A stretch of DNA of 64,000 bases, from assembly GCA_963663475.2 (NCBI GenBank), contig CAXXJV010000001.1, forward strand, positions 1 to 64,000, read 5' to 3'. Positions 57,782 through 64,000 of the stretch are shown piece after piece (position 1 is the first letter of the stretch; each line of letters opens with the position of its first letter). Origin of the DNA: Candidatus Cloacimonadales bacterium. Lineage in GTDB: Bacteria; Cloacimonadota; Cloacimonadia; Cloacimonadales; JAFGVF01. Position numbers and translations under genes: made by a program. Below the pieces are notes generated by a model that did no database searches, was not told where the DNA came from, and saw only the letters and a list, made by a program, of their open reading frames with translations.

Positions 57782-58075
57782 TTCAAGCTCCTAGTTTGTT
57801 TAATTTTCTAGTCCACTTTTATGGAACGACACATCGAAGGGGAATGTTTACTCTCCCCGCCTTACGGCACCCCTCTCATACCGCTCTTACGAGCTGAAAG
57901 GGGGATGTTTACTCTCCCCGCCTTACAGCACCCCTAGCATACCGCTCTGACAAATTGAACTGAAAAAAAAATAATCTTTTTTTCAAAAAAAAGGACCATA
58001 TTGAGAAAAATGGCCTCTTAAAGATTATGAAGGGCTTGCAAGCGTTCAGAAAAAAAATATTAAGAGGTAAAAGAA

Positions 58076-58537
58076 ATGAAAGTTAAATTTAGATATGGGA
58101 TTAAAAGTTATTCTGGCACATTAGATGAGTTAGTTTTTGCAGCATATGAAGATAGGAATGTAGTAATTGGTAGAGAATTACCAAGTGGATTTGAGCGCCA
58201 GGCTCAACATGATGTAATTGCAAATTACTCTGTCAAGCTAGGTGAATTTTATAGAGGCCTTTCTGAAGGTTTTAAAAGTGATTTGGCAGCTTATAGCAAA
58301 CAGATGTATAATTTGAAGGCTTATAGTAAAAAGATAGCAGGTTCGGGTTACTCTGTATTTGTTAAGATGATTTGGGCAGCTTCCAAGGATGCTAATTCAC
58401 CAGTTGATGTAATGTCTTTATCTGTTGATGACATATCTGCAGGAGCTTATAGTATGATTGAGAGTGTTAAGGTAGCGGTAGATAATGGTTATTTACCACT
58501 TGTAGAAGATTATGAGGTATATACCAATACTTTATAA
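58076..58537 (+). CDS. Hypothetical protein with 'MKVKFRYGIKSYSGTLDELVF' N-terminus
   Basis: GAGGT RBS; own terminator at 58551-58587. Confidence 0.8.
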   Translation: MKVKFRYGIKSYSGTLDELVFAAYEDRNVVIGRELPSGFERQAQHDVIANYSVKLGEFYRGLSEGFKSDLAAYSKQMYNLKAYSKKIAGSGYSVFVKMIWAASKDANSPVDVMSLSVDDISAGAYSMIESVKVAVDNGYLPLVEDYEVYTNTL

Positions 58538-58550
58538 AATTTAGCTAGTA

Positions 58551-58587
58551 AGTCTTCCGGGAGTTTAGTCTCTCGGAAGACTTTTTT
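58551..58587 (+). terminator. Rho-independent terminator
   Basis: AGTCTTCCGGGAG...CTCTCGGAAGACT followed by a T run. Confidence 0.75.
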
Positions 58588-59079
58588 GTAAAGAAATAAA
58601 ATATCTTTTCCTTTAATAATTGTTCTTATTTATTTGAAAAATAATATGATAGTAAATGATCTTAATTGTGAATCTTGTTCAACTTGTTTATTAATAGATT
58701 TTTTCCTTGACAAAATATCTAAATATATTATTATGTCTTTAGCATTAATAATGACAAGGAGAGAGAATGGAGTAAATTAACTTTTATGGGTAGGTAGATA
58801 TTTTAGCATGGTAAGAGGACTTTGTGTAGTTTTAGATGATTTAGTATATTGTAAAAACAATTTAGTAGTTATTAAGAAATTCTTGGTTAGGATTATTTAA
58901 TAAACTTATAAAATCACGCCCTTGATAATTTGTATAATATAAATCCAGGTTGAGAAGTATGCTTTTGTAGATAGCAGAATATTCTTTTGTTGTCTTAACA
59001 AAAGTTTTAATGCATCATCAGGGATAAATATAAAATAAGGCGATACTACTGAAATTTTTTTAAAATCTAATGGGGTAAA

Positions 59080-59694
59080 ATGAAGACTATTAGTATAGAA
59101 TATGATGGCAATAAGGAAAAGTTTATTATAAAATGTGATGGTTTGGAAGATCTTGTTTTAAAATCAAGTTTAGGAGCAAAATGTTTATATCATTTAATTA
59201 ACAATCCAGATAGATCCTTTAAGCCTGCAATTCTGAGGGATATTATCAAAAGTAGTGTAGAGGTTCCAGGGGAAATTAGGAGATGTTTTGAGATAACAAG
59301 CAATGATGATCAGTTGTTTTATCAAGCAATGAATTCATATATTCCAGCTTGTGATATGAAAACTGTAATTGAATGTAGAAAGAGATTAAAGCAAATTAAT
59401 CTAGAATTAGCTGAAGCCAATTTTAATAATGATTTAAAGGGGGCTGATAATCTAATAGCTGAAAAAGATGAAATTGAATCTTACCTGCAGGATAGTTTAA
59501 ATATTAATGGGACATTTAGAAACCTGAATAAAGAGCCTAGGAAAGCAACTAGAGCTATTCAGAGAAATTTAACTCATGTATTAGATGAGATTGGCCAAAG
59601 AGCACCTGACTTGTACAACTTACTTAATAGTAGGCTACTAATAACAAGTCAGGAAGTAAAATATTTTATTAGTAACAAGTCTTACTTCCTTTAG
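59080..59694 (+). CDS. Putative DNA-binding/regulator protein resembling the C-terminal domain of TPR/AAA regulators
   Basis: 'LGAKCLYHLINNPDRSF...RKRLKQI..ELAEA..NND...L..E...I...L...G..R...RAI...I...P.L..LL' pattern. Confidence 0.6.
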   Translation: MKTISIEYDGNKEKFIIKCDGLEDLVLKSSLGAKCLYHLINNPDRSFKPAILRDIIKSSVEVPGEIRRCFEITSNDDQLFYQAMNSYIPACDMKTVIECRKRLKQINLELAEANFNNDLKGADNLIAEKDEIESYLQDSLNINGTFRNLNKEPRKATRAIQRNLTHVLDEIGQRAPDLYNLLNSRLLITSQEVKYFISNKSYFL

Positions 59695-60260
59695 CCAAGT
59701 AGTGGAGTAGGATTTTAGGGAAGAGTGCAGATTCTTCTAGCAAAACAAGTTACAGAAATTGAAAGCATATAATCCCAGATAGTGTAGTAGGGCTTTAGTA
59801 ATTCTTAGCTAAAGCTAGGCATCACAGGTGAAGATTGCAGATTATTCTAGCAAAATAGCTTACAGAATTTTGACGCCTATATTTTATATATTCGGAGAAA
59901 TTATGGATCTTACTTTTGCTGAAGAATATTCTGCTATTCACATTAGGCTACTGCACTATTTGGGCTATATCCCCTTTTCCAGGGGATTTTTTTAATCCAA
60001 GTAGTCTAGAGAATTTAAGGGGAGATTGCAACTTCTGGGATTATTCTCTCTTCTCAAAAAAAGTAACAGAACAGTATTTTAAAACCAATCAGTCAGTTAA
60101 GCCTAAGATATAATTTTGAGGAAATATTTTGATCATCACTTTAATCTCTTATTTAATAGTCTTTTAAGATTTTTTTTTATGTCTAAGAATAAAATCCTTG
60201 CCAAAATAGATTAAATAAGATAAGTTGGAAAAAAATACTAAATAATTTAGATAGGGAATA

Positions 60261-61706
60261 ATGTTCAAAGAAAAGCTTAACACAGATTTCATTGTAAAAT
60301 TTAACAATTATATTGTAGAAAACAGGTTAATAGAGAAGAAGAGTAAGATCCTTGTTGGATTTTCAGGAGGACCAGACTCTACTGCCCTTCTACTTGCCTT
60401 GTTAATGATAAAGGATAGTTTAGATTTATCTATCCTAGTTGCTCATGTAAATTATAATTTACGGGGGGATGATTCTCAAGCAGATGAGGCTTTTGTTAGA
60501 GATTTTTGCTTTTCTCACAACCTCTATTTAGTGATCAATCGGGTAGAGATTGACGGTGGTTCTAATATGGAGGCTACTGCAAGAGATATCAGAATGAATT
60601 ATTTTTACAGTCTTTTAAAAGATTACAAGTTAGATGCAATAGCTTTAGGGCATAATTACAGTGATAATGCTGAAACTGTTATGATGAATCTTGTTAGAGG
60701 GGCTGGGATAACAGGTCTAAGGGGTATATTACCCAAGTACAATCAAATAATTCATCCTTTATTAAGCTTTACTAGGCAAGAAATTTGTGCTTTTCTGATG
60801 AGTCAAAACATAGCTTGGCGGGAAGACAAGAGTAACCAGGAATCTACCTTTACTAGGAACAAGATAAGAAATGATTTATTCCCTTGGATTGAAGAGAATT
60901 TAAATCCTGCCATAGTTGATAAGATGGTATCTTTATCAACAATGATGATAGAGACTGAAGATTTTTTAGAGGATTATCTTGAACGTTCTTTTAAGCGGTA
61001 TGTAGTTAAGCAAAGTGATGATAAAATTACCCTATCCTTAAGAACTATTCTGCACACTAAGAGGATTCTCAGATACTATATTTTTAAGAAATGCCTCTTT
61101 CAGCTTAGGGGAACAGACAGTGATATTTATCAAAACAATATCTTAGAAATAGAGAATATTCTTACTTCAGATGGTTCTAAGATGCTTAATTTCCCTAACA
61201 AGATTTATGTGATAAAGGAATATGATTATTTAGTTTTTACCAAAAAGAATCCTTTAACAAAGCAAGAGAACATACCAGATGCTAAAGTTATTGATTCTCT
61301 TAGGCCACGACTTAGTTTTGGTAAGTATAGAATTAAGATGAAGCGGATAAAGAAAATACCTTCCGAGAAGTCTTTAGTAAATAATAAGAATTTAGTATTT
61401 TTAGATTATGATGAGATAAACTTTCCTATAACAATAAGAAATAGAGATAATGGAGATAGATTTATACCCTTAGGTTTAAAGGGATTTAAGAAGTTAAAAG
61501 ATTTTTTCATTGACGAAAAAGTGTCTAAATTCGATAGAGATAAGATACCTATTTTTACTGATTCAGATAAAATAATTTGGGTTGGAGGAATGAGGATAGA
61601 TAATAGGGTTGCTATTAGTGAGAAAACTACTAGTATTTTAAGAATAGAATTAGAAAAAGTAAATAATAAAAAAATGCGTTCAGCTGAACGAAAACAAAAA
61701 GGATAA
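60261..61706 (+). CDS. tilS: tRNA(Ile)-lysidine synthetase
   Basis: 'SGGPDS', 'HVNYNLRG', 'GHNYSDNAET', 'RNKIR', TilS C-terminal domain. Confidence 0.96.
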   Translation: MFKEKLNTDFIVKFNNYIVENRLIEKKSKILVGFSGGPDSTALLLALLMIKDSLDLSILVAHVNYNLRGDDSQADEAFVRDFCFSHNLYLVINRVEIDGGSNMEATARDIRMNYFYSLLKDYKLDAIALGHNYSDNAETVMMNLVRGAGITGLRGILPKYNQIIHPLLSFTRQEICAFLMSQNIAWREDKSNQESTFTRNKIRNDLFPWIEENLNPAIVDKMVSLSTMMIETEDFLEDYLERSFKRYVVKQSDDKITLSLRTILHTKRILRYYIFKKCLFQLRGTDSDIYQNNILEIENILTSDGSKMLNFPNKIYVIKEYDYLVFTKKNPLTKQENIPDAKVIDSLRPRLSFGKYRIKMKRIKKIPSEKSLVNNKNLVFLDYDEINFPITIRNRDNGDRFIPLGLKGFKKLKDFFIDEKVSKFDRDKIPIFTDSDKIIWVGGMRIDNRVAISEKTTSILRIELEKVNNKKMRSAERKQKG

Positions 61707-61711
61707 ATTTT

Positions 61712-62248
61712 ATGATACAAGATATATCTGCAATAATGTTTGATGAAAGACAAATTAATACAAGAATTAAAGAGTTAGGTGAACAGATTTCTAAAGATTA
61801 CTGTGGTAAATACCCTGTACTCCTTTGCATTTTAAAAGGTGCATCTATGTTTATGGCTGATTTAATGAGAGCTATAACAATACCAGTTGAGATAGATTTT
61901 ATGGCAATTTCAAGTTATGGAGATAGTAGAAAATCTTCTGGGGTAGTGAAAATTAAGAAAGATGTTGATGTAAATTTAGAAGATAGAGATGTGATTATTG
62001 TTGAAGATATTGTTGATACTGGTTTATCACTCAAATATCTTAAAGAGTATATTAATAAGCACAATCCAAGTTCTTTAGCAACTTGCGTTTTATTAGATAA
62101 GCCTAGTGGTCATAAGATTGAAGTTTCTGTGGAGTATATTGGTTTCCAAGTAGCTAATGAGTTTGTTGTTGGTTACGGTTTGGACTTTGCCCAGAAATAT
62201 CGTAACCTACCTTTCATAGGTATTCTTAAGGAGGATGTTTATTCATGA
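61712..62248 (+). CDS. hpt: Hypoxanthine phosphoribosyltransferase
   Basis: 'ILKGA', 'IVEDIVDTG', 'LLDK', 'FVVGYGLD...YRNLP'. Confidence 0.96.
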   Translation: MIQDISAIMFDERQINTRIKELGEQISKDYCGKYPVLLCILKGASMFMADLMRAITIPVEIDFMAISSYGDSRKSSGVVKIKKDVDVNLEDRDVIIVEDIVDTGLSLKYLKEYINKHNPSSLATCVLLDKPSGHKIEVSVEYIGFQVANEFVVGYGLDFAQKYRNLPFIGILKEDVYS

Positions 62249-64000
62249 ACAATGAAGAACAAAATAACAATAAAAACATAAAAAAGCCCAACGAAGATAA
62301 AAAAAGTAAGGGACCTAATCCCTTAAAAAATCCTTCAGGCAATAAATATTCCTTTATTATTGTCTTAATCTTAGGAGCTATTTTAATCTGGGCACTACTA
62401 CAAGATTCTCAGAATCAAAAAGAAGTAGATAACAAAGAATTTTGGTCTGCTTTAAATAGTGGCACAATCAATGAGGTTGTGATAGAAGGTGATGTCTTAA
62501 ATTATAAAGTAGGTAATCAGTCTTTTTTCACCCGTTGGTCACAGTATGATTATGATTTTAAACAAGAATTGATAGAAAAGACTCAGGGACCGGTGAAAGA
62601 AAAAGTTCCATCTAAATGGGAAGCTATTTTAATCTCTTGGCTACCTTTCTTACTAATGATCTTCTTCTTCTGGTTCTTTATGCTTAGAAATGTTAATAAA
62701 GGACAGAATTCAGCCTTTTCTTTTGGCAAGAGTAAGGCTAAAAGATTTGATGGTACAAAGACTAAGGTAAAATTTGATGATGTTGCTGGTGTAGATGAAG
62801 CCAAGGAAGAATTAACTGAAATAGTAGAGTATTTAAAAAATCCTAAGAAGTTTGAAATGTTAGGTGGTAGGATACCAAAGGGTGTACTCTTAGTGGGCAG
62901 ACCTGGAACAGGTAAAACTCTTCTAGCTAAGGCTGTGGCTGGTGAAGCTAATGTACCATTCTTTAGTGTAAGTGGTTCTGACTTCGTAGAGATGTTTGTA
63001 GGTGTGGGTGCTTCTCGTGTAAGAGATTTATTTGCCCAGGCTAAAAAGAATGCTCCGGCAATTGCTTTTATTGATGAGCTTGATGCTGTGGGAAGACATA
63101 GAGGCTCTGGACTTGGTGGTGGTCATGATGAACGTGAGCAGACTCTTAATCAATTGCTTGTAGAAATGGATGGTTTCGAAATAAACGATTCAGTGATAAT
63201 TATTGCAGCAACCAACCGTCCTGATGTTCTTGATCCTGCATTACTTAGACCAGGAAGATTTGATAGACAGGTTATAGTTGATTTACCTGATATAAATGGT
63301 AGGACTAAGATCCTTCAGGTTCATTCTAAGAAAGTACCTCTTTCTCCAGAAGTAAATTTAAAGATAATTGCTAGGGCAACCCCTGGTTTCAGTGGTGCTG
63401 AGCTTGCTAACCTTGTAAACGAAGCTGCCTTAATTGCTGCTAGATCATCTAAGAAATTTATTGAGATGGAAGACTTTGAAGAAGCCAAAGATAAACTTAC
63501 CTTAGGAAAGCAAAAGAAGAGTAAAATAGTTTTACCTGAAGAAAGAAAAATTACCTCTTACCATGAGATTGGACATGTAATCTGTGCTCTTTTTGAAAAG
63601 CATGGTTCTCCTGCTCATAAGGTTTCCATAATCCCAAGAGGTATGACTGGGGGAGCAACTCATTTCCTAGGAGAAGAGAAATCTAATTACTCCAAGAGTT
63701 TTTTGAAATCTATGCTAGTACATCTATTAGGTGGAAGAGCAGCCGAAGATATTGTCTTTGATGAAATTACAACAGGAGCTTCTAACGATATCGATAGGGC
63801 AACTGATATAGTAAAACAAATGGTATGTAATTGGGGGATGAGTAAGAGAATAGGTCCTTTAGCTGTTATGAAGAAAGAACAAGAAGTCTTCTTAGGTAAG
63901 CAAATAGGACAAAAAGAACTACATAGCGAAGAAGTAGCTAAAATTGTTGATTCTGAAATTCATTCTTTCATAGATGAAGCTTATAAAAAAGCTAAAGATA
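62245..64000 (+). CDS. ftsH: ATP-dependent zinc metalloprotease FtsH (truncated by window end)
   Basis: Two TM segments; translates to [47 protein letters not shown]; tilS-hpt-ftsH synteny. Confidence 0.96.
   Translation, partial: MNNEEQNNNKNIKKPNEDKKSKGPNPLKNPSGNKYSFIIVLILGAILIWALLQDSQNQKEVDNKEFWSALNSGTINEVVIEGDVLNYKVGNQSFFTRWSQYDYDFKQELIEKTQGPVKEKVPSKWEAILISWLPFLLMIFFFWFFMLRNVNKGQNSAFSFGKSKAKRFDGTKTKVKFDDVAGVDEAKEELTEIVEYLKNPKKFEMLGGRIPKGVLLVGRPGTGKTLLAKAVAGEANVPFFSVSGSDFVEMFVGVGASRVRDLFAQAKKNAPAIAFIDELDAVGRHRGSGLGGGHDEREQTLNQLLVEMDGFEINDSVIIIAATNRPDVLDPALLRPGRFDRQVIVDLPDINGRTKILQVHSKKVPLSPEVNLKIIARATPGFSGAELANLVNEAALIAARSSKKFIEMEDFEEAKDKLTLGKQKKSKIVLPEERKITSYHEIGHVICALFEKHGSPAHKVSIIPRGMTGGATHFLGEEKSNYSKSFLKSMLVHLLGGRAAEDIVFDEITTGASNDIDRATDIVKQMVCNWGMSKRIGPLAVMKKEQEVFLGKQIGQKELHSEEVAKIVDSEIHSFIDEAYKKAKD

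Larger units (their letters stand above)
56381..57833 (-). mobile_element. Complete IS3-family insertion sequence
   Basis: Imperfect TIRs TGTCAAGTACCAATATAGTGGAC / TGTGTCGTTCCATAAAAGTGGAC; 3-bp TSD TCG (56378-80, 57834-36); A9G slippery site at 57428-57437. Confidence 0.92.

Overview
AT-rich bacterial DNA, probably Candidatus Cloacimonadota (inferred from secreted proteins ending in a 'GNYPNPFNPxTxI...KMILxK' C-terminal domain and from overall gene content). Bases 1 to ~23263 are the right part of a prophage whose left end lies outside the window. Its early region is Mu-like (DUF3164, a GemA/DUF1018-like ORF, a MuF protein) and it ends in a transposon-type repeat array finishing in CA. Its head module is PBSX/P2-like (terminase and portal divergent from an XkdF protease and capsid), and its tail has no recognisable sheath. 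The MuF protein carries a probable BECR-fold RNase tip fused in frame to an immunity-like domain. A diverged copy of just that tip lies ~44 kb away in host DNA (50593-51380), with the toxin motif broken and the immunity-like part intact. The rest is host chromosome: secreted VIT-vWA, LamG and lamin-tail proteins, HU/IHF, bS22, glnS, arcE-like/arcC, cmk-plsC-ispH-rpsA, a TPR sigma54 activator with a likely target, a methyltransferase plus PLD-helicase, a complete IS3, and tilS-hpt-ftsH (ftsH truncated). Many palindromic/REP/MITE repeat families are scattered through both prophage and host DNA. All family calls come from motif recognition by eye, not database searches.
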